A stretch of DNA of 58,231 bases, from positions 1 to 58,231 of the forward strand of contig CAXIUT010000180.1 in the NCBI GenBank assembly GCA_964035545.1. The letters run 5' to 3'. This DNA comes from Bugula neritina. Its lineage: Eukaryota; Animalia; Bryozoa. Both the position numbers and the translations under genes were made by a program. The notes under the pieces were generated by a model, which saw nothing but the letters and a program-made list of their open reading frames with translations, made no database searches and was not told where the DNA came from. Below, piece by piece: positions 12,807 to 26,979 of the stretch. Numbering within the stretch: the stretch's first letter is position 1; every line of letters begins with the position of its first letter.

Positions 12807-13644
12807 TCATTTATTGATTGTGATTTTATAGTTTTCATCGATATGTTCACTAATACTCTCAAAACATTTATTCAAATCGTCATTGATTATATGTTTGTAG
12901 AAATCCAAAGATTATCCCTTCTAGATTTCTTTCTTTGCATTATTAATTCTTTTCTGAATTACTTCAGGAGTCTCAGTACCTCTCTTCTTCAATCTTTACT
13001 CAAGAGCCTATATACTAGGAGCGTCAATGAACACATATTGACAATCAATATCATTATTATGAATCTTCTCACCTCCCTGAACATCAATGTCCATAATACA
13101 AATCTAACTATCATCAATAGTACTTTTCCACGATTCATAATATCCATTAACTTTCCCTTATGGGTGCCATAATAGTTGCCATGAACTTAACAATACTCCG
13201 CAAACACTTTCTTTTCAATTTCCTATCTAATAAAATAAATACCTTTTCAAATTACTCCTTAGTTACAAAATAATATTCTCTACCATGAACTTCACCCTGT
13301 CTAGGTCTTCGAGTCGTATAGCTGATACTCAATTCAAAAAGATTAGGATTCTTATCAATCAACATATTAATTATAGTTCCTTTTCCGACTCCTGAACATC
13401 CAGTGATCACCAAAGGTTTGTGTCTCACGATATCTTTAGTGTAATTGAAATAACTAAAGAACTTTTTGGCATAGTCATAGACATCTTCCGGTTGTTAGAG
13501 AAGACAAGAACTGAGAAAATCATTCATAATTTGTCTGAGCTCAGGATGATTTTTGAGATAGCTTACATGCTATGCTTTTATTGAATGTTTAATTGCTCCG
13601 AAATAAGCTTGCAGTTATGAATCAAAATTTTTGTTACTCTCCAT
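12807..13644 (-). CDS. gmk: Guanylate kinase with N-terminal docking (CATIP-C/RIIa-like) domain; 20-nt introns 13104-13123 and 13223-13242
   Basis: GCSGVGKGT, SISYTTRRPRQGE, EYC(TAA)VHGNYYGT, DIDVQG. N-terminal YLKNHPELRQIMNDFLSSCLL. Confidence 0.9.
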
Positions 13645-13685
13645 AATATAACTTATCTATTTATTATTATTCACAATCACTTAAA

Positions 13686-15064
13686 TCATAAAATCTGGCA
13701 CTCACAAAATTAGGAATCGTTTGGCTTCTTCTCTACCTTACGAGAATCCGATTCTTGTTGCATAGTTGATAAAGGCTTATTTACTGCTTTGGATTTTTAT
13801 TGAGGTTATTCTTTTTTAATTAGATGCTAAGTACTTTGCTATGGCTCATTTTTTTTAGGCTAATTATTTTTTTGTATTTATTATTTTTATTCTTTGATAT
13901 GTTATTTTACTTCTTTTTTCTCGTTTAAGTTTGTTTTTGTTGGTGAAGATGCTTCTGATACTTATTCAGTCACTTTCCTTAGCAAATTTATTTTTTTACT
14001 TTATTAATGCTAGGTTAAATCCAATTTGATTTACTCCTACTATTTCTTCTTTACATTTTATTCTTATTTTTTGAACTAATCTAAAATTTATTTTTAATAT
14101 GTAAACTTTCCGATAGAAGAATAAGATAAAGGTAAATTAGAAAGTCTTGAACGTCTTTGATCTTCATTTTCAGTTGTAAAAAAACTACTAATAATCTTTG
14201 AATAAACTTTACTCCTTGTCTCAGAAATACGACTCTTATTTACTTACTATTATTACATTTTCATTTCTTCGACATTGCTAACTTTCGTTACCTCTAATTG
14301 ACCTACTTATCCCTCTTCTTTATTAACTGTCTCTTCTTTATTTGGCAAATTTTATTATTTCTCAATTTATCCTTCATTTATCTCCTAATTTTTAACATCT
14401 TTTATTTTAGACTCTCCAAAACTTTCTTATTTAAATGTTTCTGGACTTTTTTCTCTAGATTAAGCTGGTTTAATTTCGATAAAGACAGGTTTTTATTCAA
14501 TCAGCTTCTTTAAATCCTCGTAATTATCATCTCTATCAACGATAGAAAAAGTATTAATCGATGTAGATGGACAAAATCCTTGAATTTCTTCTTACAAAAT
14601 AGGAAATAATTGTTCTAACTCCACAGGCTAATCTGCAACAAAATCAGTATAAGCTATAATAACTCTCGGAATATTTTCCCAATAGTACTTAACCTGTTAG
14701 TTTTTACATGTGCTAATAACTTATGGAATTTCCGCAAGATACTAATACAATTTAGTGAAACTATCACAATCTTTAAAGACAAACAAAAGGATATCATAAC
14801 AATAAAGACTTGCTATTTGAATAATCGAAGAACTGTCCAAACAAGGATTATCAACATACACAAACTAAACCTAACTCTCAGAACTTTGAGCTACATGCTT
14901 CTATATCTATTTTGTCTAGACATACTATCCTGTATATGCCTTACCTGCCAATTTATAACTAAGATATGTCTTACCAACCCGACTATCTCCCAACACACCC
15001 ACTACATCTCATAAAAATTACCTCTGCATACCTCCTTCGCTACCACTTCCTCTTCGGTATTCAT
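13686..15064 (-). CDS. Divergent Ras/Rab-like P-loop domain + long charged tail + CaaX (CQIL); 20-nt intron 15002-15021
   Basis: VGVLGDSRVGKT P-loop; ends FCECQIL-TGA. Confidence 0.7.
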
Positions 15065-15108
15065 ATCCAAAATATAATAATATCAATAACAAATTAATAA
15101 ATTTCATA

Positions 15109-18100
15109 TCAATCACTTTCCCTCACAATATCATCCAATTCATCTCCACACTAGAAAATCAAATGATCTATTATTTTCTCACTCAAATTCAATACCACCT
15201 CCGTATATTCAGCAGAAGAATTAGTCATCTCTTATTCTTACTCCAACAACCATTTCTCAAGCATCAAACCCACTCGATTCTCACGAATTGAATTTAATTG
15301 CTAGTCACTTAAATTGGCTATTTGACTATCGCCCATCTACATTGGCATTGGATCAGCTATAAAACCACATAAACAACTACCCCAGTTTATTATCTTAGCG
15401 ATTGATGAACCAAATATCTGATCTAACTTTTTCTATTACTCAGTTTGCTACTATTCTTCAGATAAACGACTTGAATATTTCTTCTAAAAATCTATATTTT
15501 TCAAAGAAGAATTAGTAAAATTTTTTAAATATTTTGGTTGGTTAAGCCAAGGCAAAGGTGATCCATATATACTACCAGGTTTTTAAAACTAAAGAGCTTC
15601 ATTGAAGTTATCAATAATACTGATAAGAAAATACTCTCTGACTTGTTTCATTTTTGATCCCATTTGCACATCACTTCCCTGAATAAATATAAAAATACAT
15701 TGAGACTGATTTTCTCTTCTTCATGAACTTTAGAAAAATCATTGAAAAGGTCATGAGTTATCGTTGGATTCTTTGATGAAATAGTCTTAAAATAAGGATA
15801 AATATATTAATCCTGAAATGTGTTGTAGTTGTTTTTAACATCACCATTTATAGTTATTCTATATGATCTCAATAATTAAACAATGTCGAATTTTATTGCT
15901 GAAGATATGTTATTAACGAAAAATTATTTGTATTTTTCAGTATTTCTAATATACTAACACAGAGATATGCAATATTACTTGATAAAAGTTAAATTAGTTA
16001 CAAATCCCTTACCAACTAGAGATGAATTATTTACACTCATAGATTTATTTGATTTTTAGAATGATGAACTTCTAGATAACTCCTCATCTTTTCTCTTCTT
16101 TGAATTGAATTATGCCTCAGATATATAAAGATTTTTAGTTTTTTTCTATCCTCCAGGAGGTGAAGCAGATAATGGTCTCTGGTTCAATATATTCCGAATA
16201 TTATCATGAGAGTTTTCAAGTTAATCTTCAGATTTACACTCTATTTAACCAATCAAATCAATTTTATTAAATATTTATTGAGCCTTTTTTTCATGCTCTG
16301 AAGAAAATTCTTGAATATTTTCTTATAAATACCCGTCATAGGCTTATTTTAAGGTGCCTAAATCAACATCTGAAGAACTTTTAGAATGTTGATGTTAATT
16401 CAAGATAATCTTTTCAGATCCTTCTTATTTATTACTATTGTAACTATGAAATCCTTATGCATTATAAGCTTCATTACTACTATATTCATTCATAATATCT
16501 TATTTTTTAGAAGACGACTAACTTTCAGCCTTCATTGCCTCTTATATTTTTCTTGTAATCTCAATAGTATGCCTATGAACTTATTAGATATCATCAGTCC
16601 AGTATTTTTTGTAAATTCTATCTTACTCTGAAGAATATGAACTATGTGAATTATTATCTGAAAAACCAGGCTTTTTCTATTTAATTTCTTAATTATTCTC
16701 ATTATTATCTTTTTTTTCAATTTACTATCGATTTTAATTTTTCAAATCCTTCTTCTTCTTAAAGTTTGGCTCCTATTTAATACCATTATCAGTTGTCATT
16801 AAATCTTATGTTTAGTTATTTTACTAATGATTTTCTTTTTTCTCATGATCACTTTACTCTGAAGAAAGATCAGTTATGTACCCAAGAACCATCTTTGCCT
16901 CTTCTATTTTCTGTTTTATCTCTTGTTTTTAGAAAATTAACTTCTCTTCAAGTTCTTTTTTTTTTAATTTATAAGTTCTAGGAGTAAAAACTTTATCTGT
17001 TTTCATTTTCTCATACATTTCTATTTTCTTTTAAAACTTTTTCTGAAGCTTTAACTCCTTCTTGAAAAACACATTTTTAATATTTTTACTTTTCAATTTC
17101 TTCAACTCTTATTCTAACCTTGCATTTGATGGAGAAGAACATTAAAATGCTTGAAATTGCTTTTTATATTCATCCATATTAAAATTACCAAAATGTTGAT
17201 GTTTCTTCTTCGTTGTTTGATCTTATTCTTCTTTAGGTTTAGTTTATTAAGAAGTTTCTTATATTTTGATTTGATTAGGAGGTGATTCTATCTTTTTAGG
17301 AAATCTTATCTCAATAAATTGATTACTATTTATCATATCTTCTGATTCATTTCTACTTTCTTTCAAACTTAAAACTTTTAAATTATTTTTAAGTGATTCA
17401 TTCTACTCTTCTAAAGATTTATACTTTTAGTTTTTTTGATCAAGCATTTTTCTCAAATCTTCAATCTCTTTCAACATTTTACTATTTTAATATGTTTATT
17501 TTTCAGATCTCTACTTAGAATTCTAAAAATCTTCCTCATCATCAAGTTTAATAGCCAGCTTTTTGAATTTATCTGTCTTATTCTTTTAATCGGAGACTAC
17601 AAAATCATTATTTTCGAGATCACTTTGCTGATGACTATGAAAATTAAGATAGTTGAAGGAAGAACAATCTGATTCATCTACTTTAATTATACTTTCTTTT
17701 TAAATATGAACTATTGAATTTCCCTCTTCACTATTCCATAAAGGACCTTTCTTATGATCTATTTTGTTTTTAATATAACGATATTTTATTGATTCATCTT
17801 CTAACTTTTTCAAAAACTATCTTCTACCTACATAGCCACGCCAATGACATTGAATTATCTTAACTTTTTTGTTCAATTCTTAAAGTTTTTTTGATGTTAT
17901 AGTTCCATTCAAGTAGCTAGTCACCAGACCTCCTTTATTCTTCTTTGAAAGTTTTTTAGCACTTGAAGAATTCATTTTCTCAAGTTCTTTATATTTACTT
18001 ATAGGCATAGCTTACATTGGATCACCACGAGGAGGACTTTCATGAACCAGACTACTAGCTTAGCGACCTAATTTATCATAATCAGATTCATCGAACTCAT

Positions 18101-18992
18101 TATCATCAAAACAATATATTGGTAGTCTTTAGAGATCTCCTTTAGATTGCTTTTTAGGAACTGCATATGGTTTTGAAGCATTAGCTTTACTCTCAGCTTA
18201 TACTTTTCTGAGTTATTCATACCTTTTCTCTTTCTCCCGTTTATTTACTTTTTTATGCCTGGAGGTTTCTAATTTTTATTTTCTCTTCTTATCTTCCATA
18301 TATTTCATAATTTTTTCATGCTATTCTTCTTTTGTATTTTTTTTAAGAGTTGTCATTGATTTTCTTTATCGACTCAGATTGGTCCTTGATTGATTGACTT
18401 TATTTTTAATTCCTGAGTTTGAAAAAACATGAAGGTTTTTTGCACTCTGGGGATTACTTTTAAGTTTTTTTGTTTTACTACTTTTTGAGCGGGATTTTTA
18501 TTTTGATTTTTATGCTGAACTCTTTGGAGACCGTTCTTTATTTTTAGTAAATTTAATGCCAGATTTAATATTTTATGTTGATTTTGCATTTTTTCTTTTA
18601 ACTAATTTTTGATTAGTGCTTTTTGACCTCGACCGTTACTCTTTCTTTGAAATATCTATTTTTTCAGGAGTTTTAGCATCTTTATATTTAACAACTTTGT
18701 TTAAGTCAATATTTTTATGCTTCAAGGGGGTGTCAAAAGTTTTTTATTTTTAAGTTTTGATGGTTGCCTAGCTATATTTCTTTTTGGCTTTTTTAGTTTA
18801 ATCTGTATGGCGATTATGTATGTCATTTTTCTGATGATTTTTGTGTTCTATTTATACAAAGTTATCAATTTTTTTTCCTGAGAAGCCTTGGTTTTTATCT
18901 TTCATATTGAAGTTAATTTGTATATTAATATTTCTATTTCCAGTCCTATTAGGAACACGTTAATCGTTACTAACCCGATTTATTTTGCTCAT
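15109..18992 (-). CDS. Large IQ-motif coiled-coil protein with CEP350/DUF4378-like C-terminus; at least one 20-nt intron (15679-15698)
   Basis: IQ motif KIIQCHWRGY near 17850. C-terminus LEEEEEM..YTEVVLNLSEKIIDHLIFECGDEL. Internal frame not checked over the whole length. Confidence 0.6.
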
Positions 18993-19123
18993 ATTTGCAG
19001 TTATAAATATAATAAACAATGAATCTCATCCTAAAAACAGACTCTCATTTTTATCAATCTCTATTCAATAAATCTATCTTTTATTTTTATCAATTAACTT
19101 ATTTCAATAGTAAATATACAAAA

Positions 19124-20848
19124 TCAAACTAAATATTTTAATCTCATTATCTAAACACAGTTTTTACATTAATCTTAGAACTACATTAAACAACTTTCAC
19201 TCTAAAGAATTTTTATAGCCACAGGATTATCAATTTTAGATTAATTGTTCTTTTTTATTATTATAGACAAGACAAATTGACAAAACTATGTATTTGTTAC
19301 TTTCATTTGCTTCAAAAAAGTATAAAATAAAGTTATTTACTTAATTGTTAGTTAACTCTCTTTAGTAATTAACCTTATTGAAAATTATAAGAAAATAGGA
19401 TTGAATTTGACTGAGTCATGTCGACAATATTGATAAAATCCAGAATAAATCATCAATAGCTCTTTTGTAGATACTTTTTCAAGTAACTATAATTAGTTTA
19501 ATTTGATTAAATACTTTTCTGTTAAAGTGATAAATAGCTCAAAATGATGATGATTTATCTTTAAATCTTTTAGATTACTTGAATATTGTTAATTTATTTT
19601 CCAAAATAGACTACAAAGAGATATAAAATCTACTTTATTATCAAAATTATACTTTTATTTAGTCTGAATATAATCCAACTCTTCTTTAATTACTATATTC
19701 ACCTGTTCTACAATCTGAAAAATAATTTAGTTTGAAATTCCAAATGATTAATTTAATGCTTTGAAGATATTAGCAATATTTCTCAAAGTTGTATTCTTAC
19801 TCTTGATTCGATAGATATAATTTTTATTCAAATTTGTCTTGAATTCTTAAGAAAAATAAAGAACAGATGTTTTTAAATTCTTTTCTAAAGATTATTTTTC
19901 ATATTTTTTTATTTTAATTATAGCATTTAGTAATAAAGATAGTTAATAAGCTGGCAAATAATCTCTAGAAGAAGTTTAAGCAGGAGCATGATATTTAACT
20001 ATTTCATATAATCCTTTGGTTTTATCGATAATTTTATTATGAAAGTTTTAAGAGTAAGATATCAAAGCATAAGTATAAGTTTTAAGACTTATTTTATTTT
20101 TAGATAGTTTATATCTACTAGAATTGAAATATAAAAGTAATATTGGTGTTATTTTTTCTTTCACTTATTTTCTTGAAAAGTAAGAAGCAAGCCAAATAGA
20201 TAACACTTGATGAATATCTAAATTATTAACTAACTTTGCATCAAAATAGATCTGATTCTCTTTTTTCTTTTTATATCCTACTTCAAAAACATGAAAAAAG
20301 AGATCCAAACGAATCAAACCAGTTATCAACATTGATTTCTAAATACTTTTACTTTGATATATCAATTTTTGATAATCAATTTTTTAAAACAAATAATTAA
20401 GTTCTTTATTTTTGATATTTCCTAAATTATTTAAAACAATACCCAAATAACATATAATGTTACAAATCGTTCGAGTAACTTCTAGAGAAGAATCCTAAAA
20501 TATCTATTCAAAAGATTTTAATTTTTCAATTACAAAGTTTATAATATCCTTTGTATGAATCATCTACTGCTACTACATTCTATCCAATATTGCTGTTAAA
20601 TGAACTATATTCATCATATTTCCCTTAGCTTCGATTATCTGAAGAAGATCAGTGCTTGTTTCTGTAGCTTTGATATGCTCAGTTATTGCATAATCTTTAT
20701 CTCTCCAACTTTTCTTGAAAAATGAAAATTAGTACCGAATCATAGCAAAATGATTAGATTGGAAGTGAGGCTTTAAAACAAGAGATCGAAAGCAATGATT
20801 TAGATTTGTAGTATTTATTGGTTTAAATCTTTTTACTATATTTATCAT
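19124..20848 (-). CDS. Probable mitochondrial helical-repeat (FASTK/HPR-like) protein
   Basis: Basic presequence-like N-terminus and amphipathic helical repeats; 575 codons. Confidence 0.55.
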
Positions 20849-20885
20849 ATTATTAACATAATTAAACATTTATCAAGAAAAAAAA

Positions 20886-21989
20886 TCATAATTCTTCGAC
20901 ATACTATCTCTTCAATATTTACAATCTTTATATTTCCTTAGATATTTCCAAATGATACAAACAAATATTTTTTCTCCATCTCAAAACATATTTCACTAGA
21001 ACTTCTCTTTATTTCAACTTAAATTTCTTAACCAATTGATTAAATTTGATATTTATACACTATATTTCACCTCCTATAGCTTTCTATTTAACAGCTTTAT
21101 TATTTTTTTGAGTCAAATAAATCATATGCTTCACTACATTTGTCATTATTTCCACACTATCGCCATTATCTTCACATGATTTTCGATAATAAACTTTTTT
21201 TTGATAGTTTTTTCTCAATTTCAACCAAAATATGTTTACTCTTGAATGAATTTTCTTTTATAACAAATCATACATAAAAGTAAAATGAGTTAATTTTGAT
21301 ATTTTTTTATCTCCTTTTTGTTAATATATATTTTTTCCTTTTTTCTGTTTGAAAAAAGATATCTGACTATTACTTCTATAACTATTATTACTTGAATTTT
21401 TAATTTTTTAAAATACACCTCTTAACTTCAACTGAATTCTATTCCTTATTATTATACACAGTTATGCTTTTGATAATTTTTTTATATATCGCATTTTGTC
21501 TTTACTAACTTTTTATCCTTATTGAATCCGCCATGATTCTATTCTTTCAAATCCTGATGAAACCACTTAAGAATACTTTTTTAATAATCCAAATCCAACT
21601 AGAATTCCAAATTGAATCTATCTTCTTCTCTAATATTGTACTGTCCCTAGCCAATCATTTAGTTTTGTTCTAATTACATTTTATTTCTTCTCTTTATTAT
21701 GAATCTTTTTCAAAATGTTTTCAAATTTAATGTTACAGATAGCCTTTTTATCTTATTCTTTCGTTGATTTTTTTATTTATCTAAATGCTTGCAACAAATT
21801 GAGATGATTTTGTTCATTAATAGTCCATTTTAGTCTTTTGAAGATTTTAGTAACTGAAAAATTTCTATATCCAATGACTAAACTATCCTCATCACTATAC
21901 TCCGATTCATTTTATGAACTATGAGGATAGTAATCACGAAATGAAGATAGAGAAGATCGAGGAGATGGTAAGATTGGTGATGGTAGCAT
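20886..21989 (-). CDS. Hypothetical basic helical protein
   Basis: ATG 21989 (MLPSPILPSPRSS) in frame with TGA 20886. Confidence 0.6.
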
Positions 21990-22055
21990 AAATAACTTCA
22001 AATTAATATAATTTAGTGTTATAGAGATTAATTAATCTATAGTTATTAATTAAGT

Positions 22056-22592
22056 ATGGGACCATGTCATTCGGCTCGAAAATAATCAAGAGATAAAAAA
22101 CATAAAGAAAAAGATCAACCGAATAAAGCTGAATATTGGAAGAAAATGAATCCTATTAATATTGAAGAAGCATCAGTAGATTAAATAAATATTGTAACAA
22201 ATAAGATAAACGAAAAACCTATTTAAACTAAAGAAAAAGAAGTAAAAAAAAATACACAGAGCTTATTATAAGAACTTGGATAACCAAAATACTATTAGAA
22301 ATAAAAAATAAGTGCAAAGCCTGCGATTTAAAAATAGAAAAAACAAGAAAAAATTCCATAAGAAGTTATAAAATAAGAAATAATACCGACAGATCCCTAT
22401 CCGAAACCTTAATAGAAATTTTCCAATTGGAAACAACAAGAAAATACTTATAAAAAACCTTAAGATAAAAATATTATATCTCATAACTATGATGGAAACA
22501 ATAAAAAAAAGACATAACTAAAACAACCATACGGCTGCAAAATGATCATCAATTTTGGAAATTCTTGCGAACATCCAGAATGTTTAGTATGA
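22056..22592 (+). CDS. Hypothetical protein with acylation-type N-terminus (MGPCHS) and Cys-rich C-terminus
   Basis: 179 codons; ends GCKMIINFGNSCEHPECLV. Confidence 0.6.
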
Positions 22593-22639
22593 GTATGATA
22601 AAATATATTCTTTTTTTATTTTTAAACTATCATGAAAAG

Positions 22640-23302
22640 TCACTCATAACCATACTTTTTAAAATTGTGTTTTATCGTTTCGATCTAAATGGTCAACTCT
22701 CCCATCGATTTAACACGAGTTACTTCTCGACCTTCGCCTGATGATAAAATTCTTTAATGGTCTTTGTATTATGCTTCAATTCCACCTATAAATCCAAAAA
22801 TTCCTGAGATAATTGACTGAGGAAGAGGTTTGAATATTTGAATTTTTCTCTTGTGTTTTCCACTTTGAGTGGGCAGATGAAGATTCCCATAACCTCTTGC
22901 AAAAGAACGTCCAAAAAAGTCAGTTCCATACAAAGCTACAACTATTTGTGGCCATCCTGCTAAATATGTAGTTTAAAACGATATTTAAAAAGGAAGATTC
23001 CAAGTTATCTCCTTACCATTTGATGCAGCTATCTGACTGATAAAGGTTTTCTCGCCCGACACTTTCATCCAATCAGAACTATGAACAATACTGCAAAAAG
23101 CTGTTAAAGAGTCATCTTCAGGTAAAAAACCTGAACGAAGTACTCCAGTAAATGTCACAAAAAGAGCCTATTTTTTGAGCATGAGTCTCGTGAAAGATAA
23201 TTCTGGTTCATCTTACTCTTCTACTATTTACTACCTGGAAGGTTCTTATTATTCGAATTGAGGTTTAAATTCAATTTTCTTTTTAGGTAGTTTATCTCTC
23301 AT
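22640..23302 (-). CDS. B9D1: B9 domain-containing protein 1 (ciliary transition zone)
   Basis: WNLPFEISF, GWPQIVVALYGTDFFGR, RGYG, GEGREVTRVKS, KKYGY. Confidence 0.9.
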
Positions 23303-23369
23303 AAATTGATTTAAATATTGAATGGCATTATTTAGGACTTATATCATCAATATCACAATAACATAAAAA

Positions 23370-26300
23370 TCAACTAACCTCCACCTTTTTAAAATACTAC
23401 TTCAAATAATCCAATTTCTTCTTTTCAGTCTAAGCAGAATCCTTACGCCTACCTAACATAAAATATATCCCATATTGAATCTCTTTCTCATATATCTTGC
23501 GATTAAATTCTATATAGTTAGTCGCCTTATCCTCAAATATACTCACACTTTAAGCACTTGCTTGATCACAAAATTGTACAGCTCCTCTGATCTGATTCAA
23601 ACAATATCCCTCTTTCGATAGCAATTTTGATGGGTTTGCAAATGATTCAATAAAACTAAATTAATAATTTGTTACTTGATACTTGATATAAGTCTTTTTG
23701 GAGCAGCCATAATCAACACTAGAATCATCAATGGAGAGAAATCATCAGCAGTTACAGGTTTATCATTTTTAGACATCAATTTATAACTGTTTTATATAAT
23801 TCTAATTGTTTCTTGAATACAATGCAATTTTTAAGCAGCAGTTCTCAGTTTGTCAATAGTTCTCAAATTAGTTGCAGCTACTTCCCAAACTCTCATATTT
23901 CTAAACTCATGGTTGATCTTCAAATGATCAAAATCTAACCAATCTAAAGTTTTCAATCTCAAATAAAGAGCAATATCATCATAAAGAGGATATTTAGGGT
24001 ATAGCTTATCATACAACTTTTTACTTATTTTAAGTTATATATTTTACTAAAGCCATTCAATATTTTACAGTAAAATAGCATACTAACTTTCTTTGCTCTT
24101 TATATAATTTCTTATAAACTAAATAAACTCAAAAAAAACATCCTTTATCCCCATAACATCCTCAGACACACTAAACATCTCCTTCACTTCCGGCAAAGAA
24201 CACAAAATCTATGTAAATTTCATAATATTAACAAAATGACTTTAATACTTCTGTTTTTCTGGATCTCCAGTCAAATGTTTAATAAAATCTAAATTTAATG
24301 CAGTATGAATGCACTTACTCTGATTTTACAACCATAACTTCTATCGATACTCCTCTATCAAATCCTTCATTATTGTTGTCTTCATTATTATCAATTTATC
24401 TCTTGTTTTAGGAGAAGTCAAACATAACTTTATCTCACACCTTGTAAAAAATTCTTATAACTTTTTCTTTTTCACTTCACCACGAATATTTCTTTCCCTA
24501 TGATTCATTTTTTCATACTGATCATTAAGACTAGAAATAGCCCTCAAGTAACACTCCTTTGAAGTCTGCCAAATATTTTTATAATTATCAAAACGAACTA
24601 TAGTATCATCTTCTAACTCCTCAATTATAGCTTTTATCTGATGATTTCTACAAAGAATCCTAAGATAGTCAATTTTCAATTTAAGAGGAATATGATCAAT
24701 CGAATTCAAGTTGTCTCTTTCCTATCGAATATCCAAAGCATAGATAAACTCTTTCACTGAACAAGATGTATAATATTCCTAAAAAGTTTATATATCACCT
24801 AAACTAAGCAAAACCTGCTTCATTAAATTTTTTATTTTACTTTATTTGAAAGAATTTCTATAGCTTTTAGCATAATCTACTTCCAAATTGGAAGGCAATT
24901 TCAAATCAATAAACAGAACATATGATTTACTCGCTTTATATAACTTACCAGTCACTTTATCTTTCTTATCTCCAAAAATATCAATATCTTCAGTCATCAA
25001 CTCTATCCTCTGAACACGATTAAATATCTTACTATTGACTGCACTCAACTACTTTTAAGCTCCCTTTATCAAATAAAACAACTTCTTTATATCCGTCATA
25101 CTCATACACACACAGTGACTCTTTATAGAATCATTTATATTCTTAGATTCAGTAAATCTGCCCTACAACCACTACTACACCTACTCACATATTGAATCGA
25201 TTTTGTCAGTATCAATATTTATTACCTAGAGGATATAGTTAGCTATACTGACTTTTAAATTTGTTATTATCAAATGAAATTGATGTGAAAAATTCTAATG
25301 AATATCTTTAGAATTATCTTTAACAATTTTACGAATAACCAATACCACCTAATCCACATTTTGCCTAATAAAAGGTGATATCTTCGTAGCCTATGCAAGT
25401 AATTAGACATAAAAAGCAGAAGACAACCAAAAGTTAATAACAAAATCAGCTACCACATAAATACAACTTTTACTATTAAACTTCTTACTCAAATACCGAT
25501 AAAGTATCGTACAACATATTCTAATTAAAGGAGGCATCGAATATAGCATCTTGAAAAGATCATTAAAAAACACCAAAACAATATTTTTAAGACTAACACT
25601 ATCAGGATTAAGAGTACTTTCGTTCTTTATCGAGGTACGATTCATCATCAAACCCAACTGCTTATTAATCTACTACTATAATTTCATCTATTCAGTATTA
25701 GACGCACTAAAACATGGAAAATTTATCTACTCATTTATACCTATATAATTTAACAACTATTCACTTGCACAGTTCTTGTACTTTTTCTTTATAGTACTAC
25801 CCCGCTTCAACTTCTAATCATATTGACGCAATCCTTAACTATACTGCCTTATTTTATATTTCTTATCGTTGTTTTTATTTTGGCCGTTTGCTTTGATAGG
25901 ACTCTCTTATCTAGTTTTTGTACTTTATTTTGAATGTAGTTTTAATAAAGTTTTATCAGGTGATAATTTTTATTAATAATTTTTCAGATCAAGGGCATGA
26001 TCTATTTTAGCAATTTAGACTAAAGTATTTCTGGTTAGTATTTTAGTATAATTTTTAATTTAATTTCTTTCTATAATTTATGAAAGCAAAAGTTGATATA
26101 GATTTTACTAAAGAAAGCTAATTTCGAAAAAATATTTTTTATTTTAAATTATTTTCCTCAAACAAAAAACAACTATCTTCAAAATATCCTTATTATAAAC
26201 ATCATCGTCCACAATGTTTTCATACATACTATTAGCCACACATTTAAAAAGAGATGTAAGATATTATAACTGCGAAGTATTCTCGTATTTCTATATTAGT

Positions 26301-26749
26301 ATCATCATCAAATAAGGACTACGAGACAATGTCAATAACACATCTTTCACAAATGTATAAGAATCCCCAAAACCTTCATCTTCAAACAATCGCCTCTACT
26401 ACTCATATTTCTAACTTTAAATATTTTTGTCCTTCTACTCGCTTCTATCCATTCGACTCCGCTACAACTGAATAGCCTTTACAGCTGACTCGCTGATATT
26501 TACTGTCCCTCGGTAATAAGAAAACAAAGTAGAATGCAACTTCTTCTCAAAAGACGTCTTTTGCTCTTGCTAGATAGTCAACAACAAGTATTATTCTTTT
26601 AGCAACTTTTGCAATCTAGATACTGTCACAAATTCATCATCAGAACGACATTGCTCACTATACATTGAACCATCCATATTCTATATATTCTAACTTTCAC
26701 TTCTCTTCTAAGGTCTTTAAATTTCATCTTATAGCTACTAGTTGTTCAT
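23370..26749 (-). CDS. RasGAP-like + VPS9 domain protein (GAPVD1/Gapex-5-like); at least one 20-nt intron (23656-23675)
   Basis: RasGAP-like MPPLIRICCTILY..VVADFVINFWL; VPS9 ADDFSPLMILVLIMAAP and KEGYCLNQIRGAVQF. Confidence 0.8.
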
Positions 26750-26979
26750 TATATGATCTTTATATTATAAAATAACTCGAAAAATAATATTAACTTAATA
26801 GTTTATTTTATAATTTTGATCAAAAAGTAAATTTCAAAGTAAAAATAATATCAATAAAACTCAAATCTGATACTAATTATGATACTCACTCACATGCTCA
26901 CTCACAAATGTATTCAAATGCGACCCTCCCTAACTAACAGACTAACTAATACTTCCTCTCTTCCCAGACAAACAAACCT

